Source of the DNA: Alphaproteobacteria bacterium
GTDB taxonomy: Bacteria > Pseudomonadota > Alphaproteobacteria > MPNO01
Reading direction: 5' to 3'
NCBI GenBank assembly: GCA_965248835.1
Contig: CBDFLJ010000001.1
Span: forward strand, 32,001 to 96,000
DNA: 64,000 bases
In this document: positions 41,121-50,955 of the stretch, piece by piece
Numbering within the stretch: the first letter of the stretch is position 1
Layout: each line of letters starts with the position of its first letter
Notes under the pieces: generated by a model
The model's database searches: none
What the model saw: the letters and a program-made list of their open reading frames with translations, nothing else
Told to the model about the DNA's origin: nothing
Position numbers and translations under genes: made by a program

Positions 41121-42608
41121 GTGCCGGACGCCCTGATCGTCAGGGGCGGCCTGATCGTGACCGGCGATGCGGCCGGCACGCGCCACGACCGCGCGGACGT
41201 GGTCATCCGGGGCCGCGAAATCGCCGCCATCGGCCCGGATGCCGGCGACGGCATCGAGGCGGCGGTGATCGATGCCTCCGATGCGATCGTCATGCCCGGA
41301 CTGATCAATGCCCACCTGCATTCCAACGAAGGCTTCCAGCAGGGCGGCTACGACAACTTGCCGCTGGAGATGTGGCTGGGAGAGAGCTACCCGCCCTTCG
41401 GCTTTCCGATGCTCTCGGAGCGTGACTACTACCTGCGCACGATGCTTGCCGCGATCGAATCGATCCGGTCGGGCGTGACCACGGTCCAGGACGACTACGT
41501 CCATCCCCTCGCGACACCAGAGGCGATGCACGCCGCACTCGAGGCCTACGAGGATGCCGGAATCCGCGCCTGGGTCGGCGTCGACATGTGGGACCAGCCG
41601 CTGGTCGAATGCCTGCCCTGGGCGAAAGAGATCATCCCGGCCGCCGTCCAGGGCGAGCTCGCGGCGATGCCGGCGGCCGATGCTTCCGAACAGCTCGCGC
41701 TGTTCGAGACCCAGTTCGCACGCTGGCACGGCCGTGACGAGGGGCGCATCCGCATTATCCTGGCGCCCTGCGGGCCGCAGCGCTGCACACCCGCCCTGCT
41801 GGAGGCGATTGCGGGCCTGTCCGCCGCCCACGAAATCCCGATCCACTGCCATACGCTGGAGACCCGGCTGCAGGCGGTCCATGCCGAGACCGCCTGGGGA
41901 ATGACCGCGGTCGCCTTCATGGACGGGCTGGGTCTGTTGGGCCCACGCACCACCCTGGTCCACGGCATCTGGCTCAGCGATGACGACATCGCACGGATGG
42001 CGGCGAACGGATGTTCGCTGGTGCACAACCCACTGTCCAACATGAAGCTCGGCAGCGGCGTCTGCCCGGTGCGCCGGCTGCTCGATGCCGGCATCACGGT
42101 CGCGCTTGGCACCGATGGGCTGGCAACCAGCGACACCGCGGACCTGATCGAGGCGATCCGTGCGGCCGCCCTGATCCACAAGGCCGGCATAAGCGATCCG
42201 GCCGCATGGGTCTCCGCCCGGGAAGCCTTCACGATGGCCACCACGGCCGGCGCACGGACCGGGCTGATGGCCGACCGGCTGGGCAGTCTGGAGCCCGGCA
42301 AGCAGGCCGATCTGATCCTGCTCGACCGCGGCCATTGGGGCTTCATCCCGCTTGCCGATCCGATCCGCCAGCTCGCCTTCTCCGCGACTTCGGAGGCCGT
42401 GCGCACGACGATCGTCGCCGGCCGCGTGGTGATGCGGGACCGCAGAATCCTGACGCTCGATGAGGACGCGTTGCGCGCGGAGATCCGCGAGGCGGCCGAG
42501 CGCTATTTGCGCGACGCCGTGCCGGCGATGGAAGCCGGCGCGGCGCGCCTTGCTCCCTGTTTTGCGGAGATATACCGCCGCGCCCAGGCCGCCCCGCTGG
42601 ATCTATAG
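41121..42608 (+). CDS. Amidohydrolase superfamily deaminase/chlorohydrolase (AtzA/8-oxoguanine deaminase-like)
   Basis: NAHLH, HCHTLE, LVHG and GTDG metal motifs. Starts 2 bp after the Mo subunit stop. Confidence 0.87.
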   Translation: MPDALIVRGGLIVTGDAAGTRHDRADVVIRGREIAAIGPDAGDGIEAAVIDASDAIVMPGLINAHLHSNEGFQQGGYDNLPLEMWLGESYPPFGFPMLSERDYYLRTMLAAIESIRSGVTTVQDDYVHPLATPEAMHAALEAYEDAGIRAWVGVDMWDQPLVECLPWAKEIIPAAVQGELAAMPAADASEQLALFETQFARWHGRDEGRIRIILAPCGPQRCTPALLEAIAGLSAAHEIPIHCHTLETRLQAVHAETAWGMTAVAFMDGLGLLGPRTTLVHGIWLSDDDIARMAANGCSLVHNPLSNMKLGSGVCPVRRLLDAGITVALGTDGLATSDTADLIEAIRAAALIHKAGISDPAAWVSAREAFTMATTAGARTGLMADRLGSLEPGKQADLILLDRGHWGFIPLADPIRQLAFSATSEAVRTTIVAGRVVMRDRRILTLDEDALRAEIREAAERYLRDAVPAMEAGAARLAPCFAEIYRRAQAAPLDL

Positions 42609-42749
42609 CGCAGGTTCCGAACAAGCCGGATCATCCCGCGCGCCCGGCGGGCCGCTCGCGCAGATCAATCAGCGCCAAGTGATGCTTTTTGAGCCGCCGA
42701 CGCGGTGCTACAGTCAGGCTCTCGAACGAGGTCGAGAAAGGATGCGACC

Positions 42750-43370
42750 ATGGCCGATTCCGGACGCGTGGCACCCGGCCGCGCCGGTACATACGACACC
42801 GCGACGCGGGGCGTCCATCACTTGGCGCTGACCACCGAGGACATGAAGGCAACGACCGAGTTCTATGTCGAAGTCGTCGGCATGCCGCTGGTCCATGCGA
42901 TGAAGGTGCCCGAAGGCGTCGGCGTCGGGCCGGGCAACCGCGGCAACCCGCCCTACGAATGCATCCGGCATTACTTCTTCGATATGGGCAACGACAGCCT
43001 GCTCGCCTTCTTCGAGATCCCCAGGGGCGAGAAACCGCGCTCCGACCGCGATGCCATCGGCGGTATGCAGCATGTCGCCTTCGTGGTCACCGCGGCCCAG
43101 TTCGAGGCGATCCAAAAGCGCCTGGACAAGCACGGCGTGGCCTATGATGGGCCGATCGACATCATGCCCGGCATGGTCTCGATCTACTTCCTGGACCCCA
43201 ACGGCATCCGGCTGGAGGCGTGCTGCCAGCCGGCCGAGTACGAGAGCCCGGCGGTGATCCCGCTGGTCACCCAGACGAAGGCCGTGGCCGCCGAAGAGCT
43301 CGAGACCATGGGTGTCGACGCCGCATGGATCGATCGGATGACCGGGGTCCTGCCCGAAGACCGGGCTTGA
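42750..43370 (+). CDS. VOC (glyoxalase) family protein
   Basis: GVHHLAL, HYFFDMG, MQHVAF, SIYFLDPNGIRLE. Confidence 0.88.
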   Translation: MADSGRVAPGRAGTYDTATRGVHHLALTTEDMKATTEFYVEVVGMPLVHAMKVPEGVGVGPGNRGNPPYECIRHYFFDMGNDSLLAFFEIPRGEKPRSDRDAIGGMQHVAFVVTAAQFEAIQKRLDKHGVAYDGPIDIMPGMVSIYFLDPNGIRLEACCQPAEYESPAVIPLVTQTKAVAAEELETMGVDAAWIDRMTGVLPEDRA

Positions 43371-43384
43371 GCCGCCGCCAGGCT

Positions 43385-44503
43385 CTAAAGACCCCGCGCC
43401 CAGCCGGCGATGCTCGCGACGGTTTCGGCCAGGAGTTCGGGCTGGCCGTCCATATAGTGGGTGGCGCCCTTGATCTTGCGGTAGACCTCGCGCGCGCCGG
43501 CGGCCTCGGACCACAGCCGGATGTCTGCCGGAAAGACCGCTGAGTCGGCCGAGAACTCGATGTTGAGCACCGACACCGTGGTCCGCGCCAGACAGGCCGG
43601 GCCGTCGGCGCGCGAGGCCGGCGACCACTGGCTGAGCCAGGAAGTCAGCGTGGTGAAACGCCCGACATTGTTGGCGCCGTAGTTGATCGCCTTGGGCTCG
43701 CCCCAGATCGATTCCGGCGGCCGGTCGTTGGGATCGAGCGTCAAGTCGGTGACCCGCGGATCGGCCATGGTGCGGTAGACGACGAACGCCTCATCGCGCG
43801 GTCCCTCGTCCAGCCCGCGCAGATAGCGCAACCGCGCGCGGGCGCGCGCGGTGATACGCGCGATCCGGGCGTTCTGCGCGGCCCGGACAGCGGCGACGAA
43901 ATCTGCCGAATAGGGCGGGCCATGGGCCCGGTTGTAGATGTCGAGCGCGGGATCGGCCGCGAGCGGATCGTCCTCGGCAATCATCGAGCCGTCGATCCAA
44001 GCGGCCATGACATGCATCCGCCCGGGATGGGCACCGAACAGCGCGATGCCGTCGGCCGGCGGCAGGTCCTGCGGCGCGATCTCGATCGGATCGCCCGCCG
44101 GTGTATCGGAGATCGTAAGCCCCTCGGCCTCGGCCTGGTATAGCGCCACCGTCGAGGCCCCTCCGGAATTGCCCAGCAGCGCGATCTTCTCGTAGCCTTG
44201 ATCGCGCAAGTAACCGACGCCCGCACCGAGATCCTGGATGACGCGTTCGAAGATCAGCATGCTGTCATTGCCGGCATAGCGGGTGTTGAGCGCGAGCAGG
44301 CTGACGCCGGCGGCCGGCAGATGGGACATCAGATAGTGCCCCATGAAGTTGCTGGTCGGGTGGATGACGATCGCCGCGACCCGGCGGTCCGCGGCGCGGG
44401 CCAGGGCGCCGTAGATGCGCGGCCATTTCATCATCAGCCCGGACTGGCTTTCCATCGCCCCGCCCGGCTTGACGTCGAGGACGACGAGTTCCGGTGTGCT
44501 CAT
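43385..44503 (-). CDS. Alpha/beta hydrolase
   Basis: HPTSNFMGHY, GNSGG nucleophile, GATHY His motif. Confidence 0.82.
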   Translation of the reverse strand: MSTPELVVLDVKPGGAMESQSGLMMKWPRIYGALARAADRRVAAIVIHPTSNFMGHYLMSHLPAAGVSLLALNTRYAGNDSMLIFERVIQDLGAGVGYLRDQGYEKIALLGNSGGASTVALYQAEAEGLTISDTPAGDPIEIAPQDLPPADGIALFGAHPGRMHVMAAWIDGSMIAEDDPLAADPALDIYNRAHGPPYSADFVAAVRAAQNARIARITARARARLRYLRGLDEGPRDEAFVVYRTMADPRVTDLTLDPNDRPPESIWGEPKAINYGANNVGRFTTLTSWLSQWSPASRADGPACLARTTVSVLNIEFSADSAVFPADIRLWSEAAGAREVYRKIKGATHYMDGQPELLAETVASIAGWARGL

Positions 44504-44513
44504 CACGCGCGGC

Positions 44514-45026
44514 CTATTCTGCGGCGGCGCGGCCCTGGCGGCGGTTCCAGTCGGCCAGTTGCGCGTGGGCCTGGCTTGCCTTGACCGCCAGTTCCGCCTT
44601 GCCGGCGGTCCGGCAGGTCAGCTCGAGGCGGATGTCGTTGGGATCGAAGAAATAGATCGACTTGACGAAGCCGTGGTCGGTGATGCCCAGCACGTCAACG
44701 CCCTCGGCCTCGAGCCGCTCCTTGGCCGCGGCCAGCGCGGACTCATCGGCGACCTCGAGCGCCAGGTGGTTGACCCAGCGCGGCGTTTCCGGATCGCGCG
44801 CCGTGCCTTCGCCGTCGCCGAGATCGAAGAAGGCGACATACGAGCCGTCGGCCATCTCGAAAAAGATGTGCAGATAAGGCGAAAACTCGCCGGTGCTCGG
44901 CACATGGTCCTCGCTGATCACATGGGCGAGCGGCAGCCCCAGCACGTCCTCGTAGAAATGCCGCGTCTGTTCGGCATCCCGACAGCGATAGGCCCAGTGA
45001 TGCAGGCTCTTGATCGTTGGCATCAT
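44514..45026 (-). CDS. VOC (glyoxalase) family protein
   Basis: LHHWAYRCRD, HIFF, NHLAL, SIYFFDPNDIRLE. Confidence 0.9.
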   Translation of the reverse strand: MMPTIKSLHHWAYRCRDAEQTRHFYEDVLGLPLAHVISEDHVPSTGEFSPYLHIFFEMADGSYVAFFDLGDGEGTARDPETPRWVNHLALEVADESALAAAKERLEAEGVDVLGITDHGFVKSIYFFDPNDIRLELTCRTAGKAELAVKASQAHAQLADWNRRQGRAAAE

Positions 45027-45036
45027 GGTCTGTCTC

Positions 45037-46107
45037 CTAGGCCGCGTGCGGCCGTTTCCTGAAATGGGGCATGACTTCGGCGGCGAACAACTCCATCGAG
45101 GTCTTGGCCGCCGCCACGTCGGTGAGCTTGGTGTTGACCTGCATCGATGCGATGTCGAAGCCGCCGATCGCGCGCGCGTAGTCGGCGATCATATCGCGGA
45201 TCTCCGCCGGGCTGCCGACGAAGGCGGCCTTCTTCTCGCGCTGGGAGTGGACGTCCTCCTTGGACAGGACCTCGATCAGCTTGTCGTAGCCCGGGTAGTC
45301 CTTGGTGCTGGCGCCGCCGCTCCAGTCCGAGGCGGCCGCGCACAGCGTCTGAAAATAGGCCGCGACGTCGGGGCCCGCCTCGGCGATCGCCTGCTCGGTG
45401 CTCGGTGCACAATACATCATGAACGCGATCGCGACCTGGCCCTCGCCGGCGTGGCCGGCCGATCGCCACGCCTCTCGGTAGACCCCGAGAAGCTCGTTCA
45501 GCGCCGAGCCGCCGATCGGGTTGGCCATCAGGTGGAAGCCGTTACTGCCGGCATAGGCGAAGGTCTCCGGCGTCACGAGCGCCGCCACCCAGATCGGCGG
45601 GTGCGGCTTCTGGGTCGGGCGCGGCAGCGAGGTGACCTCCGAAAAGCTGTGGAACCGCCCGCTCATCGAGACCCTCTCCTCGGCGAGCAGAGCGCGGATC
45701 TGCGTCACCCCTTCCTCGTAGCGCGCACGGCTTTCGTCCAGGCTCACGCCGAACCGGGCGAACTCATGCGGCAGGAACGCGCGTGCAAGCCCGAGATCGA
45801 GCCGGCCGCCGGAGATCGCGTCGAGCAATCCGGCCTCGCCGGCGACCTTGAGCGGGTTGTTGAACGCCGGAAGCACGGCGCCGGTAACCAGACGAGCGTC
45901 CCGGGTGCGCTGGGAAGCCGCCGCCAGGAAGACCATCGGGTTGGGCGTGTACCCGCCATAGGGATTGAAGTAGTGCTCGACGGTCCGCACGTGGGTGTAG
46001 CCCAGCCGGTCGCACAGATCGACCAGCGCCAGCGCGTCGTCCCAGTAGTCCGCGGCGGTCTTCTCCTCGGGCCCCACGTTGGGGAAGAAGCTGATGCCGA
46101 ACTCCAC
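45037..46107 (-). CDS. LLM class flavin-dependent oxidoreductase
   Basis: VEHYF..YGG, LDAISGGRLDLG, PRPTQKPHPPIW. GTG start after GAGGAGG. Confidence 0.9.
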   Translation of the reverse strand: MEFGISFFPNVGPEEKTAADYWDDALALVDLCDRLGYTHVRTVEHYFNPYGGYTPNPMVFLAAASQRTRDARLVTGAVLPAFNNPLKVAGEAGLLDAISGGRLDLGLARAFLPHEFARFGVSLDESRARYEEGVTQIRALLAEERVSMSGRFHSFSEVTSLPRPTQKPHPPIWVAALVTPETFAYAGSNGFHLMANPIGGSALNELLGVYREAWRSAGHAGEGQVAIAFMMYCAPSTEQAIAEAGPDVAAYFQTLCAAASDWSGGASTKDYPGYDKLIEVLSKEDVHSQREKKAAFVGSPAEIRDMIADYARAIGGFDIASMQVNTKLTDVAAAKTSMELFAAEVMPHFRKRPHAA

Positions 46108-46118
46108 CGCCGGCCTCC

Positions 46119-46997
46119 TCAACCGCCTAAGGGGAAGTATCGGGCGAGCCAGTCCTCGACGATGCGCCGGACCCGGACATTGTCTTCGGCCAGCATGAAG
46201 TGGTCGGTGTCGGCCGTCAGATGGAGATCGGCCGGCCGGCCGGCGCGCTTGAACAGCTCGATCGACTGCTCGGTCGGCGTCACCGAGTCCTCGGCGCTGT
46301 GCAGCAGAAGCAACGGCCGCGGCGCGATGTTGCCGACCACATCATCGGCGCGGAAATCGAACATCGACTGCGCCGTCTCGGCCGGGAACTCCTGGACCGA
46401 GTTGGCGGCCAGGTTGTTCCGCAGGTGCGGCGGGATGGGCACGATATCGTAGCGCGGCACCATCAGCGACTCGCCGGTCCGCTCGCGGTGGCGGCGGCCT
46501 TCCTCGAGCATCGCGGTGAACTTCTCCCAGGCCTCCGGGCTCGGGTGCTGGCCGCGGAACTTGCGCTCGCCGTCACCCCAGCCGCCGGAGGAAATGACCG
46601 CGGCGATCTTGTCGTGAACGCCCGCGGCATAGACCGAGACCGCGGCGCCGAAGCTCGAGCCCAGCGCGCCGATGCGATCGGGATCGACCTCCGGCCGGGT
46701 GGCGAGAAAGGCCTGCGCCGCCTTGGTGTCCTCGACCTGTTCGAGGCAGATGACACGGCCGAAATCGCCCTGGCTGTCGCCGCAGCCGCGCATGTCGAAG
46801 CGCATGCTCACATAGCCCAGATCGGTCAGCATCCGGCACGGGCCGATGCAGTTGTTGGAGGATTTGTTGGAACCGAACCCGTGCAGGACCAGGAAAGCCG
46901 GCCGCCGCTCGCCCGCGGCAAGCCCGGCGGGCAAATGGACGATGCCCGACAGCGTCAGACCCTCGGAAACGAATGTGACCGTCTGTTCTCTGGGCAT
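46119..46997 (-). CDS. Alpha/beta hydrolase
   Basis: LHGFG, FDMRGCGDS, GSSFG, D and H triad candidates (AEDSV, TDHF). Confidence 0.87.
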   Translation of the reverse strand: MPREQTVTFVSEGLTLSGIVHLPAGLAAGERRPAFLVLHGFGSNKSSNNCIGPCRMLTDLGYVSMRFDMRGCGDSQGDFGRVICLEQVEDTKAAQAFLATRPEVDPDRIGALGSSFGAAVSVYAAGVHDKIAAVISSGGWGDGERKFRGQHPSPEAWEKFTAMLEEGRRHRERTGESLMVPRYDIVPIPPHLRNNLAANSVQEFPAETAQSMFDFRADDVVGNIAPRPLLLLHSAEDSVTPTEQSIELFKRAGRPADLHLTADTDHFMLAEDNVRVRRIVEDWLARYFPLGG

Positions 46998-47057
46998 CGC
47001 CGTTCTCCCGGTTGGCGTCCTGGGCGGGGACAGCTTAACCCGGCCGCCAGGCCGGCA

Positions 47058-48077
47058 TCAGTGGGCGCGCGGACTTTTCATCAGGGATTCACGGTCGCTC
47101 GAGACGACATCGATGCGCTCCTCGTTGGCATCGCGCAGCAGCTTCATCTCGATGGTCGCCCCTGCCGGGCCGGCCTGCCAGATCCGGCGGTACATCTGGG
47201 CAATCGAGGTCACCTCGCCGTCGTTGATCGCGAGCACGACATCGCCGGGCTCGATGCCGGCCGCCGCGGCCGGACCGCGCTGGGAGATCGAGCTGATCAG
47301 CACCCGGCCGAGCGCCTGGACGCTGTAGATCCCGAGCCACGGCCGGACCGGGCCGGGCCGGCGCCCGTGGGTCAGCAGGTCCCCGACGATGTCCTTGTAG
47401 AGGTTGATCGGGATGAACATGTTGCCCGCCGACGGCCCACCCTCGGGCGAGGCATCTTGGACGAAAAGCGAGCCCAGCCCGACCAGCCGGCCGGAAGTGT
47501 CGATCAGCCCGGCGCCGCTCCAATGCGCATGCGGCGGCGCGGTGAAGATCGCTTCATCGAGCAGATATTCCCAATAGCCGGCAAATTCCCGCGTCGAGAC
47601 CACTTCGGCCTTGATCGCCTGGCCCACCCCGCCGCGGGCGGCCGCGATCAGCCACGCCTTCTCTTGCACGGTCGAGGAATCGCCCAACACGATCGGCGCG
47701 GCGCCCAGCGTGGAGGCCGCGCGCAACAGACCGAACCCGGACTCGTAGTCGTAAGCCAGCACCTGGGCAGGGGTCACCTCGGAGTCCTCGGAGCCCAGCA
47801 GAATGTGCTCGGCCTCGTTGATCAGGTAGCCGATGGTCAGGTACAGGCCATCCGAATCGACCAGGATCGCATTGCCCTCGCGCTCGGTGCCCAGATAGGA
47901 CGAGCTGAACGCGTCATCGGGCGCGACCGAGCGCAGCCGGACCACCGCGCGCAGCACCGCGGCGAGGTCGAAATCGTAGTCGGCCGGGTCAGCCCGGCTC
48001 ACATTGGCGAAATTGGGATCGACCAGATGGGACAGCGCCAGCGGTTTGTGCCCGTTCGCGTACTCTATACCGCTCAT
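47058..48077 (-). CDS. Second S1C (HtrA-like) + PDZ protein with degenerate triad, no signal peptide
   Basis: LTIGYLI, AYDYESGFGL, REFAGYWEYLLDEAIFT, RPWLG. Confidence 0.82.
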   Translation of the reverse strand: MSGIEYANGHKPLALSHLVDPNFANVSRADPADYDFDLAAVLRAVVRLRSVAPDDAFSSSYLGTEREGNAILVDSDGLYLTIGYLINEAEHILLGSEDSEVTPAQVLAYDYESGFGLLRAASTLGAAPIVLGDSSTVQEKAWLIAAARGGVGQAIKAEVVSTREFAGYWEYLLDEAIFTAPPHAHWSGAGLIDTSGRLVGLGSLFVQDASPEGGPSAGNMFIPINLYKDIVGDLLTHGRRPGPVRPWLGIYSVQALGRVLISSISQRGPAAAAGIEPGDVVLAINDGEVTSIAQMYRRIWQAGPAGATIEMKLLRDANEERIDVVSSDRESLMKSPRAH

Positions 48078-48177
48078 CACCCGTTCGATCGTGGCTGTTG
48101 GCTGCCCGAAGACCTCGGACAAAACCTACCATCCCGCGCAGCACGACAAAACACCAATGGACGGGATCGGGACGATT

Positions 48178-49470
48178 TCATTGCCTGCGATCGACGAAGC
48201 GCGGCGCCTTGATGGAGGACTCGAATTCCTTGGCAAGGGTGCCGAGCGCCAGCGCCTCGATCCGCGGCGCGACCTCGAAGACCCGCCGGACGCGCGCCGA
48301 CAGCGTATCCGCGGTCGCCGCCTTGTCCGCGCCGTGGCGAACCTCGATACGGACCACCAGGGTCTCCAGCGCATCGGCGTCGGTCTCCAGCACCGCCTGG
48401 AAGTCGGTCACCGCTTGATCGGCGAACATGAAGTCCTCGAACTCGGCGTGGTTGACGTTGACCCCGCGCACCTTGAAGAAGCCGGTGGTGCGGTGGGCAT
48501 GGCGGATCATCGGGAAATGGGCCCCGTAAGGCCCCTCGCTCTCGCCGTGCTCGCGGTAGCTGACGATATCGCCCGAATTCCAGCGCAGAAACGGCGTTGC
48601 GTGCCCGGTCCACAGCGGCGTGACGCAGAACGCGCCGACCTCGCCGGGGGGAAGCTGCCGTCCGGTGTCCGGATCGATGACCTCGATGTGGAACATGTCG
48701 GTCCAGATATGGATGCCGTCATGGCGTTCGCTCTCTGCGCCCATCAGCCCGGCCTCGGACATCCCGAAGACGTCGTAGACCTCGGCCCCCCAGGCGCGGC
48801 CGATCTTCTCCCGCTTGGCTGCGGACAGCGGCTCGGCGGAGCAGACCACCTTGCGCACCGGCCCGTCGGCGAGGTCTATGCCCTCCGCCTCGGCGAGGTT
48901 GGCCAGATGCAGCGCGAAGCTCGGCATGGCGATCAGGACGGTTGCCCCAAGGGTCCTGACGAGTTCGAGCTGACCGGCCGAAGGCACCGCGTTGCCGGCA
49001 CCGACCCAGCTCATCCCGACGCCGAAATCGTGCGCGCTGCGGGCCCAGACCTGGCCCGCCGGATGGATTCCGATCGGAAACGAGAGGTGGCACAGATCGC
49101 CCTTGCCGATGCCGATTGCCGGGAACGACCGGCCCCAGGACAGCAGCCCGTAGCGCACGTCATCGAAGGTCCGCGGATAGAAGACCGGCCTGCCGGTGGT
49201 GCCGCCGGAGCGCCAGTACTCGGCGATGTCCGCGGTCGGAGCGATGTTGAAGTCGGCCATGAACCCCGCGTGGTCGTATTGGCGCAGCGTCTCCTTGTCC
49301 AGCACCGGGATCTTCTGCCACACCTCCGGATCGTCCAGCCGGTCGGGATCGATGCCGTCGAGGCGGCCGCGGTACCACGGTGTCCTCGCCGCGCGCTCGA
49401 AGGCGGCGCGCTTGCGCTCGGACTGGATCTTTTCGATCTCCGCGCGCGATGCGGGCAGGGACAGGGGCAT
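48178..49470 (-). CDS. Phenylacetate--CoA ligase (PaaK) family protein
   Basis: RSGGTTGRP, VFGMSE, FLRWNSGD, FKVRGVNV. Confidence 0.85.
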   Translation of the reverse strand: MPLSLPASRAEIEKIQSERKRAAFERAARTPWYRGRLDGIDPDRLDDPEVWQKIPVLDKETLRQYDHAGFMADFNIAPTADIAEYWRSGGTTGRPVFYPRTFDDVRYGLLSWGRSFPAIGIGKGDLCHLSFPIGIHPAGQVWARSAHDFGVGMSWVGAGNAVPSAGQLELVRTLGATVLIAMPSFALHLANLAEAEGIDLADGPVRKVVCSAEPLSAAKREKIGRAWGAEVYDVFGMSEAGLMGAESERHDGIHIWTDMFHIEVIDPDTGRQLPPGEVGAFCVTPLWTGHATPFLRWNSGDIVSYREHGESEGPYGAHFPMIRHAHRTTGFFKVRGVNVNHAEFEDFMFADQAVTDFQAVLETDADALETLVVRIEVRHGADKAATADTLSARVRRVFEVAPRIEALALGTLAKEFESSIKAPRFVDRRQ

Positions 49471-49663
49471 GGGCGTCAGCCTCTCGGTGGGGTCACGCGC
49501 CTGGCGTTGACCAGGAACACACCGATCAGAATAAGCCCCATCGCCGCCCAGACCAGCGTGGTGTGCCGCTCGCCGAAGACGATCATGCCGAGAACCACCG
49601 CGAAGCCGACCGACAGGAAGAGCGACTGCGACATGTAGACCGGCCCGGCGATGCGGATCAGTT

Positions 49664-50955
49664 GGACACCTCCATTTACCTCGCGAATTTTGCCTCGTTG
49701 TGATTCTCTACGGTGGTTCGATTCGAGTGGGGGTATTGATGAGGCAGGCTGGTCTGTTCGGCTTACCGGATCATCTTCGGAAGCTATCGGCGACGGGTGA
49801 TCCGTTGGAGGTGCTGGCGCAGGTCGTCGACTTCGAGATTTTCCGCGCGCCGCTTGAGGCGGCGCTGGGCTATTCGGACGGATCGAAAGGCGGCCGCCCG
49901 GCCTACGATGCGGTGGCGATGTTCAAGGTACTGATCCTGGCCGCGCGGCACACGGTGAGCGACGAGCGGATGGAGTTTCTGATCCGCGACCGCTTGAGCT
50001 GGCTTCGCTTCCTGGGCTTCGATCTCGGAGCGCCGACGCCGGACCGCAACACCATATGGATCTTTCGCGAGCGTCTGGTCCGGGCCGGGGCGATGGATAA
50101 GCTGTTTGCCGCCTTCGATGGCGAACTGCGCCGGTGCGGCTATCTGGCGATGGGCGGGCAGATCGTCGATGCGACGTTGGTATCGGCGCCCAAGCAGCGC
50201 AACAGCGACGACGAGAAGGCGGCGATCAAGGCAGGCAAGAGGGCATCCGAGATCTGGCCCGATCAGCCGGCCAAGGCGGCGCAGAAGGACACAGATGCGC
50301 GGTGGACGGTGAAGACCGGGCGGCGCAAGAACCCCGCCGGGGCGCAACGGCGCATGCCCGACATCGCGATCCCGGTGTTCGGCTACAAGAATCATTTCGT
50401 CATCGATCGGGCCTACGGCTTCATCCGCAGCTCGGCAGTGACCGATGCCGCCCGCCATGACGGCAAGATGTTGCGTCATCTCGTCACCGGCGACAATCTG
50501 GCCGCCGGCGTGTGGGCCGACAGCGCCTATCGCTCGAAGGCCAACGAGGCGTGGCTGGCCGGCAAGGGTCGGGTCTCCCACATCCACCGCAAGAAGCCGC
50601 CGGGCCGGGCCATGCCCAAGGCGACCGCCCGGGCCAATGCCCGCAAGTCAGCGGTCCGTGCGCATGTCGAGCACGTCTTCGCCCAGCAGAAGGATCGCAT
50701 GGGCCTGTTCGTCCGTACCATCGGGCTCGAGCGGGCGGCGGCCAAGATCGGCCTCGCCAACCTGGCTTATAATTTCCAGCGTCTGATCTTCCATGAGCGC
50801 AGCGCCGCCATGGCATGAGTCCGCCCGAATAGCGCCAAAACCCTCCGCCGAGAACGAAACGGCGGAGGATTGCGGACGTCAACACCGCCGATCTCAGCGA
50901 AAGTCGGACAGCACACCGAAATCTTCGTCAAATCCCCCGGTTGTGAGAGGTCTCC
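49664..50955 (+). mobile_element. IS5-family insertion sequence, 1,292 bp
   Basis: Imperfect terminal inverted repeats (GGACACCTCCATTTACC vs GGAGACCTCTCACAACC read inward). AGTT direct repeat at 49660-49663 and 50956-50959. Confidence 0.92.
49739..50818 (+). CDS. IS5 family DDE transposase
   Basis: GGRPAYD, IVDATLV, DTDARW, FGYKNH, WADSAY, RAHVEHVF. Confidence 0.95.
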   Translation: MRQAGLFGLPDHLRKLSATGDPLEVLAQVVDFEIFRAPLEAALGYSDGSKGGRPAYDAVAMFKVLILAARHTVSDERMEFLIRDRLSWLRFLGFDLGAPTPDRNTIWIFRERLVRAGAMDKLFAAFDGELRRCGYLAMGGQIVDATLVSAPKQRNSDDEKAAIKAGKRASEIWPDQPAKAAQKDTDARWTVKTGRRKNPAGAQRRMPDIAIPVFGYKNHFVIDRAYGFIRSSAVTDAARHDGKMLRHLVTGDNLAAGVWADSAYRSKANEAWLAGKGRVSHIHRKKPPGRAMPKATARANARKSAVRAHVEHVFAQQKDRMGLFVRTIGLERAAAKIGLANLAYNFQRLIFHERSAAMA

